Shown here: positions 29,046 to 39,074 of the stretch, piece after piece
Numbering within the stretch: the first letter of the stretch is position 1
How the letters are laid out: each line of letters opens with the position of its first letter
Assembly (NCBI GenBank): GCA_964629685.1
Contig: CAZVTT010000001.1
Location: forward strand, 244,603 to 308,602
Reading direction: 5' to 3'
Length of the DNA: 64,000 nt
Source of the DNA: an uncultured Gammaproteobacteria bacterium
GTDB taxonomy: Bacteria > Patescibacteriota > Microgenomatia > UBA10105 > UBA927
Translations under genes and position numbers: made by a program
Notes under the pieces: generated by a model
Databases searched by the model: none
Told to the model about the DNA's origin: nothing
What the model saw: only the letters and a program-made list of their open reading frames with translations

Positions 29046-29642
29046 ATGTCTTCCGTAAATCTTCAGGCAATTCTAGATGTACTCCACGAGGCAGAAGGAC
29101 TCAAACGATTGTTGCGGCACAGTTGGTTATCGGATGGCAGGCAGGAAAGTGTAGCAGAGCATACATGGCGGATGGCATTCATGGCCATCTTATTGCATTC
29201 AGAGCTGGAAGAACCTGTCGATATCGGCAAAGTGTTGGAGATGATCATCGTTCATGATGTGGCGGAAATCCGGGCAGGTGACTTTCACGCATTTAGAACT
29301 GTTCCGGCAAACAAAGCGGAACTTGAGTTGTCGGCCTTACGGAACATAGTTCAGAAGATAGATAGCAAAAAGGGGGAGAGGATAATTAATCTGTGGCAAG
29401 AGTTTGAAGAAAGAAAAACGTCCGAAGCAAAATTTGCTCAGGCGTTGGATAAATTGGAAGTACTTATACAGCATAACGAAGCCGATATCTCCACGTGGGA
29501 AGAAAAAGAATACGATTTTAATCTTACGTATGCATACGATAAAGTTAACTATAGTCAGATTTTGAAAGAGCTTCGGGAGTTAGTGCGCAAGGATACAACG
29601 GATAAAATAAATCATTCAGACAAAATACGGAGAGAACGATGA
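29046..29642 (+). CDS. HD-domain phosphohydrolase
   Basis: LKRLLRHSW...ESVAEHTWR...VHDVAEI.AGD...ALDKLE. Confidence 0.9.
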   Translation: MSSVNLQAILDVLHEAEGLKRLLRHSWLSDGRQESVAEHTWRMAFMAILLHSELEEPVDIGKVLEMIIVHDVAEIRAGDFHAFRTVPANKAELELSALRNIVQKIDSKKGERIINLWQEFEERKTSEAKFAQALDKLEVLIQHNEADISTWEEKEYDFNLTYAYDKVNYSQILKELRELVRKDTTDKINHSDKIRRER

Positions 29643-29768
29643 CGCATACGTATAATTATGTTGAATAATACAGGGTATTTAACTTCTATAAACGATTGAT
29701 TTAAATTCAAGATTCTCCATCCTTGCACAAGAAAATACCTCGGGAAAATCCGTATCAGAAATTAATAT

Positions 29769-29813
29769 TTGACAGCTATAGAACTAACGTTCTAGAATAG
29801 AACGACTGTTCTA
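29769..29813 (+). promoter_or_regulatory. sigma70 promoter overlapped by two TAGAAC-N4-GTTCTA operators
   Basis: TTGACA 29769-29774, TAGAAT 29793-29798; palindromes 29779-29794 and 29798-29813. Confidence 0.8.
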
Positions 29814-30400
29814 TGAATACACACTCGAAAGCTTTGAATATCGCAAAAAAAATATTTGCATCTTCCGGTTATGATGGCGTAAGCATGCGGAGAATCGCTG
29901 CAAAAATGAATATTGTTCCGTCTGTACTCTATTATCATTTTAAAGATAAAAATGAGTTGTTGCGGGTGATGTTTGATTCAATTAACACTGATTTGGGCAT
30001 AAGGCGCAATAAACTTCCTCCCCAAAATACATTCCTTGATATGTTAAAGCAAAGGATAGAATTTCAGATAGATAATGCAGAGGAAATCGTTACGGTACTA
30101 AGATATTTTCTTCATTTCCGGACAACATTCCCCCAAAATGAATACGGTTTCGTGCCGGTTAAAGCATATCTTCATATTCAGGAAGTTCTTGAATTCGGTG
30201 AAAAGCGCGGTGAGCTAGGGGTAAAGAATATTCAGAAAGAAGCAAAAATAATCACACATGCTATTAACGGATTTTTATTGGAATATTACCCTAAAACTCC
30301 AACCGGAAAAGAAAAAAAAGTTTTAGTGAATGATATTGCTGATTTTATTTATAGGGCAGTGAGTAAGGTTCCTAACGAAGGGGTTAAGAAAAAAATATGA
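29813..30400 (+). CDS. TetR/AcrR family transcriptional regulator
   Basis: FASSGYDGVSMRRIAAKMNIVPSVLYYHFKDKNEL. Confidence 0.92.
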   Translation: MNTHSKALNIAKKIFASSGYDGVSMRRIAAKMNIVPSVLYYHFKDKNELLRVMFDSINTDLGIRRNKLPPQNTFLDMLKQRIEFQIDNAEEIVTVLRYFLHFRTTFPQNEYGFVPVKAYLHIQEVLEFGEKRGELGVKNIQKEAKIITHAINGFLLEYYPKTPTGKEKKVLVNDIADFIYRAVSKVPNEGVKKKI

Positions 30401-31872
30401 AAAAAGTCGTTGTTGTCGGATCGGGTTTTGGGGGATTGGCCAGCGCAGCGTTTTTAGCCAAAGCTGGATATGCTGTAACAGTATATGAAAAAAATAGGAC
30501 TCCGGGTGGACGTGCACGAGTCTTTCGGAAAAAAGGTTATCAATTCGACATGGGGCCATCATGGTACACCATGCCTGATATTATGGAACGATTTTTTGGA
30601 CTTTTAGGGAAAAAGTCCAAAGATTATTACAGTCTTAAAAGACTTGATCCATCATATCGGGTGATGTTCGATAAAAACGATATTGTAGATATTTCAGCAT
30701 CACTTCAAAAAAATTACGCATTGTTTAATCGCCTGGAAAAGGGTGGCGGGGAAAAATTAAAACGCTATTTGGCTCAGGCGAAGTACCAATACGATGTTGC
30801 GATGTCGTCATATGTTATAAAGCCATACCGATCAGTTTTCGATATGTTTGATATCCGTATGGCAAAAGAAGCCAGTAAGCTCCATCTGCTGGACAATATG
30901 GATACCTTTGTAAAACGTTATTTCGAAAACGACCGTTTACGCAAAATATTGCAGTATACTCTCGTTTTTCTGGGGGGATCTCCTAAAAATACTCCTGCAA
31001 TGTATGCCTTAATGAGTCATGTGGATTTTCATATGGGCGTTTGGTATCCCAAAGGGGGAATTGGATCAGTCGTAACAGCGGTAGAAACAATAGCAAAAGA
31101 ATTCGGTGCTAAATTCGTATATGGCAGCGAAGTGGAAAAAATAATAACGGAAAACGGGAGAGCTACAGGTGTGTTGGTACGGGGTAAACAGATTCAAGCG
31201 GATATTGTGGTAATGAATGCAGACTATGCTCATGCGGAACTGGATTTATTAACCGAAAAAGACCGTTCATACAAAGAGGCGTATTGGAAGAAAAGGGTAT
31301 TGGCACCTTCTGCATTTTTAATGTATCTGGGTATTAACAGACGCATACCCGCTCTAAAACATCATACTTTACTCTTCGCACATGACTGGGTGAAGCACTT
31401 TGATGCGATATTCGATAATCCGTCATGGCCGGAAAATCCATCAGTGTATATATGCTGTCCATCTAAGACAGATACATCTGTAGCACCTGACGGGAAGGAG
31501 AATCTGGTAGTTTTGGTTCCGGTGGCTTCAGGACTCCCGGATACTCCTGTTATCAGGAGCATGTATAGCGAAAAAATACTGAAGCAATTGGAAGATATTT
31601 TACAAATATCAATTCGTGATCATGTTGAATTTAAACAAATATATAGCATTCGGGATTTTGAACTGGATTACAATGCGTATAGGGGAACCGGTTTAGGCCT
31701 GTCTCATACTCTGTTTCAAACTGCTATTTTCCGTCCAAGCTATAGAAGCAAAAAGGTCAGAAATCTATTTTTTGTCGGACAATATACGCACCCGGGTATC
31801 GGTATTCCAATTCAGTTAATTTCCGCAGAGATTGCAGTCAATGAGATTAAAAAAGAATATGAAATCTCATAA
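30397..31872 (+). CDS. crtI: phytoene desaturase
   Basis: VVGSGFGGL, FDMGPSW, WYPKGG, FFVGQYTHPGIGIP. Confidence 0.9.
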   Translation: MKKVVVVGSGFGGLASAAFLAKAGYAVTVYEKNRTPGGRARVFRKKGYQFDMGPSWYTMPDIMERFFGLLGKKSKDYYSLKRLDPSYRVMFDKNDIVDISASLQKNYALFNRLEKGGGEKLKRYLAQAKYQYDVAMSSYVIKPYRSVFDMFDIRMAKEASKLHLLDNMDTFVKRYFENDRLRKILQYTLVFLGGSPKNTPAMYALMSHVDFHMGVWYPKGGIGSVVTAVETIAKEFGAKFVYGSEVEKIITENGRATGVLVRGKQIQADIVVMNADYAHAELDLLTEKDRSYKEAYWKKRVLAPSAFLMYLGINRRIPALKHHTLLFAHDWVKHFDAIFDNPSWPENPSVYICCPSKTDTSVAPDGKENLVVLVPVASGLPDTPVIRSMYSEKILKQLEDILQISIRDHVEFKQIYSIRDFELDYNAYRGTGLGLSHTLFQTAIFRPSYRSKKVRNLFFVGQYTHPGIGIPIQLISAEIAVNEIKKEYEIS

Positions 31873-32701
31873 ATTTACTTCCGTGTTTAGGCAGGGTAGC
31901 AGAACGTATTTCACGAGTTCATTTTTTTTCCCTGAAAATATTAAAGATGATATCTACACTTTTTATGCTTTCGTACGGACTGCAGATGATTATGTCGATT
32001 CAATTCCTCAGCAAAAAAAAGAATTTAGGAAGTTTGTAAAAAATTTTACCTTTGCCTGGAACGGAAAAAGCACAGGTATTATGGTAATAGATGAGTTTGT
32101 ATCCCTGGCTCTTCGTAAAGGTATTTCTAAAACGGATATTATGGCATTTATTTCAGCCATGGAAACAGATTTATCCGTCCGTAGGTATGCCACTTTACGC
32201 GATCTCGAAAAATACATGTACGGTTCCGCAGAAGTAATTGGATTGATAATGGCAAAATTGTTGAATTTATCCGAACATTCACAAGTAAGCGCACGATTGC
32301 TAGGGAAGTCTATGCAGCTTCTAAATTTTATTCGCGATATTGAGGAGGACAACAGTTTGGGAAGGATGTATTTCCCACAGTCCGACATGCGTAAGTTCAA
32401 CTTACAGTCCTTGGACTATCACTATATACAATCCCATCCTGACCAATTCAAAAAATTTATTCTATTTCAGTTAAGCCGTTATTCAAAATGGCAAGCTAAG
32501 GCTGAACTTGGATTTTCCTATATCCCGCAACGATATAGAATAGCAATTCAGACAGCTTCGGAAATGTATAAATGGACAGCCAGAATAATCGCAGAAGATC
32601 CATTTGTGATATTCAGGAAGAAAGTAAAACCCGGTACGGTAAGAATACTTTTCTGTGCACTCGTTCAAACGATTAAAATATATACAGGTTTACGGACATG
32701 A
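31859..32701 (+). CDS. crtB: phytoene synthase
   Basis: GSRTYF, YAFVRTADDYVD, YMYGSAEVIG, MQLLNFIRDIEED...GRMYFP. Confidence 0.92.
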   Translation: MKSHKFTSVFRQGSRTYFTSSFFFPENIKDDIYTFYAFVRTADDYVDSIPQQKKEFRKFVKNFTFAWNGKSTGIMVIDEFVSLALRKGISKTDIMAFISAMETDLSVRRYATLRDLEKYMYGSAEVIGLIMAKLLNLSEHSQVSARLLGKSMQLLNFIRDIEEDNSLGRMYFPQSDMRKFNLQSLDYHYIQSHPDQFKKFILFQLSRYSKWQAKAELGFSYIPQRYRIAIQTASEMYKWTARIIAEDPFVIFRKKVKPGTVRILFCALVQTIKIYTGLRT

Positions 32702-33540
32702 AGTTTTCTTATTATTTTAGGGCATTATTTTATGCTTCACGACCGAGATTTTGGCTCTATACGGCCGGACCTTATCTTGTTGGGTATGGTGCAGGTTCTG
32801 GATCTGTAAACAGACTATCGAACTTCGAGTTCTGGATATGGTTTGTATTTTTTCTTTTTCCGGTAAACATCCTTTTGTATGGAATAAATGATTGGTTCGA
32901 TAAAGATACGGACCAACTTAACCGTAAAAAGGATCAGTATGAACAGCGATTGGAATATACAAACAAAGAGGTTGTTCGGATCGGAATTCTATTTTCCGCT
33001 ATTCTTTTCGCGGTAATGGCATATGGTTTCCCGAGTCAGTATACGTCTTTGATGTTGATGTTAATGCTGGTGTTACTGGTGGGGTATAGTGTCCCGCCTT
33101 TACGCCTGAAGGCTAGACCATTTGTAGATTCATTGAGTAACGTGCTTTACGTTTTACCAGGATTTATTGGGTATTATCAGTCGACCAGGAGTTTTCCAGA
33201 CTGGCAAATAATTATTGCCGTTTGGTGTTGGTCAGCTGCAATGCATTTGCTTTCGGCAATACCGGATATCAAACCGGATAGTATTGCACATCTCCGAACC
33301 ACCGCAGTTGTATTGGGCAGACGGTCCTCACTCTGGTTATGTATTTTGTTATGGGGAATATTTTCAGCAGTATTTATTATTTCGTCACGTAATCCGATTT
33401 CATTGTTATTGCTGGTTTATCCATTAATCCCTGCGTACTTATTGCTCTCCGGATGTAGGAATGATGAACGGGTGTATCGGTATTTTCCGATAATTAACAC
33501 GGTATTTGGTTTTGGATTATTCTTATTTCAGGTGCTGTAA
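32698..33540 (+). CDS. UbiA-family prenyltransferase, lycopene elongase-like (LyeJ/CrtEb)
   Basis: SRPRFWLY, YGINDWFDKDTD..N..K, YSVPPLRLKARPFVDS, AMH..SAIPDI..D. Confidence 0.8.
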   Translation: MKFSYYFRALFYASRPRFWLYTAGPYLVGYGAGSGSVNRLSNFEFWIWFVFFLFPVNILLYGINDWFDKDTDQLNRKKDQYEQRLEYTNKEVVRIGILFSAILFAVMAYGFPSQYTSLMLMLMLVLLVGYSVPPLRLKARPFVDSLSNVLYVLPGFIGYYQSTRSFPDWQIIIAVWCWSAAMHLLSAIPDIKPDSIAHLRTTAVVLGRRSSLWLCILLWGIFSAVFIISSRNPISLLLLVYPLIPAYLLLSGCRNDERVYRYFPIINTVFGFGLFLFQVL

Positions 33541-33542
33541 CA

Positions 33543-34259
33543 ATGAACATTTCCGTTATTATTCCGGCATTAAACGAAGAATTTTCGATTCAAAATTTAT
33601 TACGGGACCTTAAACATCAAACTGTTAAAGCACATGAAGTCATGGTAGTTGACGGCGGTTCGGTAGATCAGACAGTGAAAAAAGTCCGAAAGACAAAGTT
33701 TGTAAGACTTATTTCTACGTCTGCAGGCATAGCTCATCAGCGGAACATAGGTGGTATGAAGGCAACCGGAGACATTTTAATTTTTTTGGATGCGGATGTT
33801 CGTATTGCAGCTGACTTTATTGAAAAGGTAATACTGTTTATGACCGCTACAAATGTCGCAATTGCCTGTCCCAGATATGTACCCTATCCCGGTTCATTGA
33901 TGATTAACGGTGTCTATACATTCCTGAATGTGTTGTTTTGGATTTTTTCCGGGGTAACTCCTTCAGGTGCAGGTTCATGCATAATTGTCAGATCTTCAGT
34001 GTATAAACAGGCTAAAGGGTTCAATGAATTATTAAAGTTTGACGATATTCATTTTATCCGTAGTGCATCCCGATTTGGGAAATTCAGTATGATACCTATA
34101 TCCGTTGCCGTTTCAGATAGGAGATTTCGAACATATGGGTTAATTCCGGTGGTTGCGACGTATGGAATCTTATCCGTAATGTTCTTTTTAGGGTTATATC
34201 GTTTAGCAAATTTGATCCCGTACCCTTTTGGGCGATACCATAAAACTTATGTACGTTGA
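33543..34259 (+). CDS. family 2 glycosyltransferase (candidate carotenoid glycosyltransferase)
   Basis: SVIIPALNEE, VVDGGSVD, FLDAD, VSDRRF. Confidence 0.85.
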   Translation: MNISVIIPALNEEFSIQNLLRDLKHQTVKAHEVMVVDGGSVDQTVKKVRKTKFVRLISTSAGIAHQRNIGGMKATGDILIFLDADVRIAADFIEKVILFMTATNVAIACPRYVPYPGSLMINGVYTFLNVLFWIFSGVTPSGAGSCIIVRSSVYKQAKGFNELLKFDDIHFIRSASRFGKFSMIPISVAVSDRRFRTYGLIPVVATYGILSVMFFLGLYRLANLIPYPFGRYHKTYVR

Positions 34260-35589
34260 TGGAAGCAGAATCCGGCAATTGAATACATTTCCGGCACAGC
34301 CGGGTCCGGTAGTGTACTGGATGAGTAGGGATCAGCGCATTTCGGATAACTGGGCATTACTCTATGCGCAGCAGAAGGCAATAGAACGACATGAACCACT
34401 TGTAGTTGTTTTTTGTTTACTGCGCACCTTTTTAGGAGCAGGAAACCGTCAATACAGTTTTATGTTAGCGGGATTGCGGGAGATTGCCGCTAGTCTGCAG
34501 GAAAAAAATATTTCCTTTTGTATGGTAGAAGGTGATCCGGTTAACGAGTTACCGGCTTTTCTAAAGCATGTTAAAGCTGGACTGCTGATTACTGATTTTT
34601 CTCCGCTCAAAACAGGGCGTGAATGGCGGAATAAAGTTGCTAAACGAGTGTCCATATCATTTGAAGAAGTGGATGCGCATAATATTGTACCCTGCTGGAT
34701 TGTTTCTCAGAAACAAGAATTTGGCGCATATACACTGCGTCCGAAGATTCAAAAATTGTTACCGGAATACCTTACAGATTATCCGGAATTAAACAGACAT
34801 CCCGTAAATCATAAGAACACCTACGGTGGTTATACGTATGCATTTAAGTCTCTTCCCTCAGATTATTCCTGGATTCCCGGTGAACGTGCCGCTCACAAGG
34901 CGTTAAGACAATTCTTGAAACAGAAATTACAAAATTATTCGGCATTACGAAATAATCCGGTTGTTTCCGGTCAATCTGATTTTTCCGTGTATTTGCACTT
35001 CGGTCAGATATCCGCACAGCGTGTGGCGTTAGCTATATCTCATGCAACAACTGATATAGCCTCAAAATCTGATTTTTTGGAGGAGTTAATTGTTAGAAGA
35101 GAATTGTCTGATAATTATTGTTTTTATAATCCCGGATATGATTCTATTGATACTGCTCCCGATTGGGCAAGGAAAACACTGAATGCTCACAGAAGAGATA
35201 CCAGGCCATATACATATTCTTTGACTGAATTTGAGCAAGGGAGAACACATGACAATCTCTGGAATGCTGCTCAAAAACAAATGGTTATTACTGGAAAAAT
35301 GCATGGATATTTAAGAATGTACTGGGCAAAAAAAATACTGGAATGGTCCGAAAGTCCAGAAGATGCGATGAGAATTGCGATTGCGTTAAATGATACGTAT
35401 GAACTAGATGGAAGAGATCCCAATGGTTATGCAGGAATTGCCTGGGCTATCTGCGGTGTTCATGATAGGCCATGGCCGGAAAGACCAGTTTTTGGCAAGA
35501 TACGATACATGAATAATGCTGGCTGCAAACGTAAGTTTGATGTGATCACATTTGTTAAGAATATTTCCATATTGGAAGGGAAGTTATAA
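34249..35589 (+). CDS. phrB: class II CPD photolyase
   Basis: VYWMSRDQR..DNWAL, VDAHN.VP, YLHFGQIS, MHGYLRMYWAKKILEW, LDGRDPNGY. Confidence 0.93.
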   Translation: MYVDGSRIRQLNTFPAQPGPVVYWMSRDQRISDNWALLYAQQKAIERHEPLVVVFCLLRTFLGAGNRQYSFMLAGLREIAASLQEKNISFCMVEGDPVNELPAFLKHVKAGLLITDFSPLKTGREWRNKVAKRVSISFEEVDAHNIVPCWIVSQKQEFGAYTLRPKIQKLLPEYLTDYPELNRHPVNHKNTYGGYTYAFKSLPSDYSWIPGERAAHKALRQFLKQKLQNYSALRNNPVVSGQSDFSVYLHFGQISAQRVALAISHATTDIASKSDFLEELIVRRELSDNYCFYNPGYDSIDTAPDWARKTLNAHRRDTRPYTYSLTEFEQGRTHDNLWNAAQKQMVITGKMHGYLRMYWAKKILEWSESPEDAMRIAIALNDTYELDGRDPNGYAGIAWAICGVHDRPWPERPVFGKIRYMNNAGCKRKFDVITFVKNISILEGKL

Positions 35590-36341
35590 TGAAAGCGATT
35601 GTGCTGGCCGGAGGTTTTTCCACACGGCTTTATCCGTTAACCGAATATTTTCCCAAAGCGTTGCTACCGGTGGGGGGTAAAGCCATACTTTCTTATACGC
35701 TGGATCAACTCGTGCGGATAAAACGGATAGACGGCATTGCGGTGATTTCAAATCATAGATATTCAGGCATTTTTAAGCCATGGCTTCGCGCGGAGTACGG
35801 GAAAAAAATCAGACTGTTCGACAATATGGTAAGCGATCCTGGGAAACGATTGGGATCAATTGGGGATTTGCTCTATGTGCTTACGCATACTGGTTGGCAT
35901 GACGATATTATCGTGGTGGCGAGTGATACGTTAACATCATTGTCTCTGTCAGAGTTTATTTCATTTTTTTATAAGCATAAGGGAGTCGTAACTGCAGTAA
36001 ATAAAACATCGGATCCGTCTATAATTGCCGGGAAATTAGGGTGTGCGCTTATTGACGGAACAAGACTTGTTGCGTTCGTGGAAAAACCTGAAGTTCCGCA
36101 ATCATTATATACCGGAGTACCGTTCTATATTTTCCCGCGGAAAGTGCTTTCTCTTATCCGGCAATATTTTGATGAAGGGAACGCTACGGATGCACCGGGG
36201 TCCTTGCTTCCATGGTTGTTAAAGAAAGTACCTGCGTTTGCATTTGATGTGTCAGGGTATTACTACGATGTAGGTACGCTGGATATGTATAACACCGTTT
36301 CCGGCTCTGCTCTACAATTCTCCGAGTATAAGGTAAAATAG
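35589..36341 (+). CDS. sugar-phosphate nucleotidyltransferase family protein
   Basis: MKAIVLAGGFSTRLYPLT..PKALLPV, FVEKP, YDVGT. Confidence 0.88.
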   Translation: MKAIVLAGGFSTRLYPLTEYFPKALLPVGGKAILSYTLDQLVRIKRIDGIAVISNHRYSGIFKPWLRAEYGKKIRLFDNMVSDPGKRLGSIGDLLYVLTHTGWHDDIIVVASDTLTSLSLSEFISFFYKHKGVVTAVNKTSDPSIIAGKLGCALIDGTRLVAFVEKPEVPQSLYTGVPFYIFPRKVLSLIRQYFDEGNATDAPGSLLPWLLKKVPAFAFDVSGYYYDVGTLDMYNTVSGSALQFSEYKVK

Positions 36342-36345
36342 TCGG

Positions 36346-37266
36346 ATGGTAGATATAACCAAACCGATTAAAGGTCTTAGTGCACTTATACTGGCAACTT
36401 CCATGTACGGTTTCTTCGGAATCCTTTCGAGGTGGGTAGGATATAGTATCCCGTTGTTTTACCAAAACCTTATCCGCTCGTTAATTGTGGTTGTGTTGTT
36501 CGGAATATACATGTTGGTTAAACAAAGTTGGCTCCGGATTAACCCCCAAGTATTATTGTGGTTATCGGTAAGATCCCTGGCCGGTACCATAGCATTTTTA
36601 ACATTTTTTATTGCAATGAATGAAATGCAGATAAGCACTGCGTATTTTGTATTTTACGTCGGCTGTGTGATCGGCGGGTATACCCTGGGGATGCTACTTT
36701 TTAAAGAGAAAATTACGCGCATAAAGATTATTTCTTTGGTAATCGCGTTGGCTGGTCTGGCCATTATCTTTAAATCCGGTTTAGAGTTTAGCAGTATTTT
36801 ATGGGTGGCAATGGCGATTATATCCGGTTTAAGTACTTCCGTATGGAATGTAATTGCGAAGAAAATTCCGGAATCGTATTCCATATCCCAAATAAGTGTG
36901 GTGGACAATGTCTTTGCCGCGGGTTTTTCTATTATCGGATCTTTGGTTATGAAAGAAATTTGGATAATACCTGAATTTACGCAGCCGTGGTTGGCTAATT
37001 ACGTACTGGCGTTTTTCTGGACAATTACTCCGATTTTGGTAATTACCGGCTTTAGGGCGCTGGATGCGAGTGTGGGTAGTGTCGTGATGTTAATGGAAAT
37101 TGTATTTGCATCATTATGGGCATTTCTCCTTTTTGGTGAAGGTTTAACTCCTCTAACATTTTTTGGTGGTATATTGATTATTGCTGCTATTATTATCCCG
37201 GAATATCGGCCGTTAATAGGCTTTATTAAGCCACTCTTCAATAAGTCTCGCCGTAAAAACGGTTGA
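36346..37266 (+). CDS. EamA/DMT family transporter
   Basis: About 10 TM helices in two repeats; LLFKEKIT...; LLFGEGLT. Confidence 0.85.
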   Translation: MVDITKPIKGLSALILATSMYGFFGILSRWVGYSIPLFYQNLIRSLIVVVLFGIYMLVKQSWLRINPQVLLWLSVRSLAGTIAFLTFFIAMNEMQISTAYFVFYVGCVIGGYTLGMLLFKEKITRIKIISLVIALAGLAIIFKSGLEFSSILWVAMAIISGLSTSVWNVIAKKIPESYSISQISVVDNVFAAGFSIIGSLVMKEIWIIPEFTQPWLANYVLAFFWTITPILVITGFRALDASVGSVVMLMEIVFASLWAFLLFGEGLTPLTFFGGILIIAAIIIPEYRPLIGFIKPLFNKSRRKNG

Positions 37267-37297
37267 CGCATTTCCGTTAACGCAGTACGCTCGATAT

Positions 37298-37777
37298 ATG
37301 CAAAAGTTAAAGATCGGTTGGTTTTCATTCTCCTGTTGTGAAGATTCCACAATTATTTTTACTGAAATGCTGAATGAGCATTACAAAACCTGGCGCGAAC
37401 TGATAGATTTTAGGTCTATATTGGTCCTTCAGCGACGGGAGGATTTATCCGAATTTGATGTAGCGTTTATAGAGGGCGCTATTACTTCGGCGGAGCAGGA
37501 AGAAAAAGTAAAAAAAATTCGTGGTGTCAGCAAAAAATTAGTCGCAGTTGGCAGTTGTGCTGTCGCCGGCATGCCGTCAAATCAACGCAATTTTTTCGAT
37601 GAGCAGACCAAACATGAGATAGAAGCCATAATTGCCAGATTCTCCTATGCACCCATGGTAAAAAAAGTGGCGGATGTCGTATCCGTTGACGATATGGTCC
37701 CGGGATGTCCCATGGACGAGCATCGATTTTTGGCGGTAGTGGAAAAATATCTGAAAGAATTCGGTGTAACAGCCTAG
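37298..37777 (+). CDS. [NiFe]-hydrogenase small subunit, truncated (group 3b delta-like)
   Basis: FSCCEDS, DVAFIEGAI, VAVGSCAVAG, VPGCPM; ends at 159 aa. Confidence 0.85.
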   Translation: MQKLKIGWFSFSCCEDSTIIFTEMLNEHYKTWRELIDFRSILVLQRREDLSEFDVAFIEGAITSAEQEEKVKKIRGVSKKLVAVGSCAVAGMPSNQRNFFDEQTKHEIEAIIARFSYAPMVKKVADVVSVDDMVPGCPMDEHRFLAVVEKYLKEFGVTA

Positions 37778-37778
37778 T

Positions 37779-39074
37779 ATGACAACATTTGATTTAACCA
37801 TTAACGAAATATCCAAGATTGAAGGTAAGGCACAGCTCACGGTTCGGGTAAAAGACGATAAGGTAGAAGAAGTTAAGTTTGCGATTACCGAATATAAACG
37901 GTTCTATACCCAGGCATTAAGAGGAAAAGATGTACTTGGATTGCCGCAGCTGAGTTGCCGGATTTGCGGTACATGTTCCAATGCTCATCTACTCTGCGGA
38001 ATCATAGCCGCCGAACAGGCGCTTGGCATACAGCCTTCGCTGCAATCACAAATACTCAGGCGGTTGGTAAATTACGGTCTGTTGATCCGTGATCACGGGT
38101 TGCACTGTTTTGTATTTGCCCTGCCCGATATTTTAGGTATAGATAATATTCTGGATCTGGATGAATCCAAGCCTGAAGAGCGGCAGATACTGGAAGATAC
38201 GTTTGCCGTAAAAGCTGCCGGAAATAAATTAAGCGTACTCGCCGGCGGACGCAGCGTACACGCTCCATATCCGACTGTCGGAGGATTTACCAAATTACCG
38301 AATTCCGCAGATTTTCCCGCCATGATTACCCAATTGGAATCAATCCGTCCCGCAGTCATCCGGTTGATTGGCCTGTTTTCCCAGTCAACGTTTACACTCG
38401 AGCAGGATGTGGAATTTATGGCACTGCTGGATTCCGATTATTCTTTCCTGGGTGGAACCGTGTATACCAGTAATGGGGAGCAGCTAACGCAAGAGCAAAT
38501 AGGCGGTTATTTTGAACATGTAGCTATTCCGTACTCCCACGCTTCCGGATATACGATGAAAGGAAAATTATATTTTACCGGAGCATTGGCAAGATTAAAT
38601 TTGGGAAAACAATTTTTGCATCCGAACACCCAACGTGATGCGTCCGGAGCGTTAGCGTTGTTTCCGTCAAAAAATATTTATCATAATAATATTGCGCAAG
38701 CTATAGAAATTCTTCATGCCATAGACGCATCAATAGATATTTTGCGTTCGCTTACCATAACGCCGGAACGTCCGGGCATGCTCGAACGTAAAGCCGGAGA
38801 AGGAATCGGTATGCTGGAAGCTCCGCGTGGTTTGTTGTATTACAAATTGAAGCTCAGTGAGCAGGGGAGATTGGACGATATTCAGATTATAGTTCCTACC
38901 GGTCAGAACCAAATAGTTATAGAAAAAAGTTTACTCACGTACTTTCAACAAAATTTTAATTTGCCGCGGGAAAAGCTTACTGCAGAAGCCGAGAAGATCG
39001 TGCGTGCCTATGATCCGTGCATGAGTTGCGCTTCGCATTTCCTGAAAGTTAAATGGATTGAAGCAAAGACGTAA
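37779..39074 (+). CDS. [NiFe]-hydrogenase large subunit (group 3b alpha-like)
   Basis: L1 RICGTC, EAPRG, VPTGQN, L2 RAYDPCMSCASH plus an 11-aa tail. Confidence 0.92.
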   Translation: MTTFDLTINEISKIEGKAQLTVRVKDDKVEEVKFAITEYKRFYTQALRGKDVLGLPQLSCRICGTCSNAHLLCGIIAAEQALGIQPSLQSQILRRLVNYGLLIRDHGLHCFVFALPDILGIDNILDLDESKPEERQILEDTFAVKAAGNKLSVLAGGRSVHAPYPTVGGFTKLPNSADFPAMITQLESIRPAVIRLIGLFSQSTFTLEQDVEFMALLDSDYSFLGGTVYTSNGEQLTQEQIGGYFEHVAIPYSHASGYTMKGKLYFTGALARLNLGKQFLHPNTQRDASGALALFPSKNIYHNNIAQAIEILHAIDASIDILRSLTITPERPGMLERKAGEGIGMLEAPRGLLYYKLKLSEQGRLDDIQIIVPTGQNQIVIEKSLLTYFQQNFNLPREKLTAEAEKIVRAYDPCMSCASHFLKVKWIEAKT

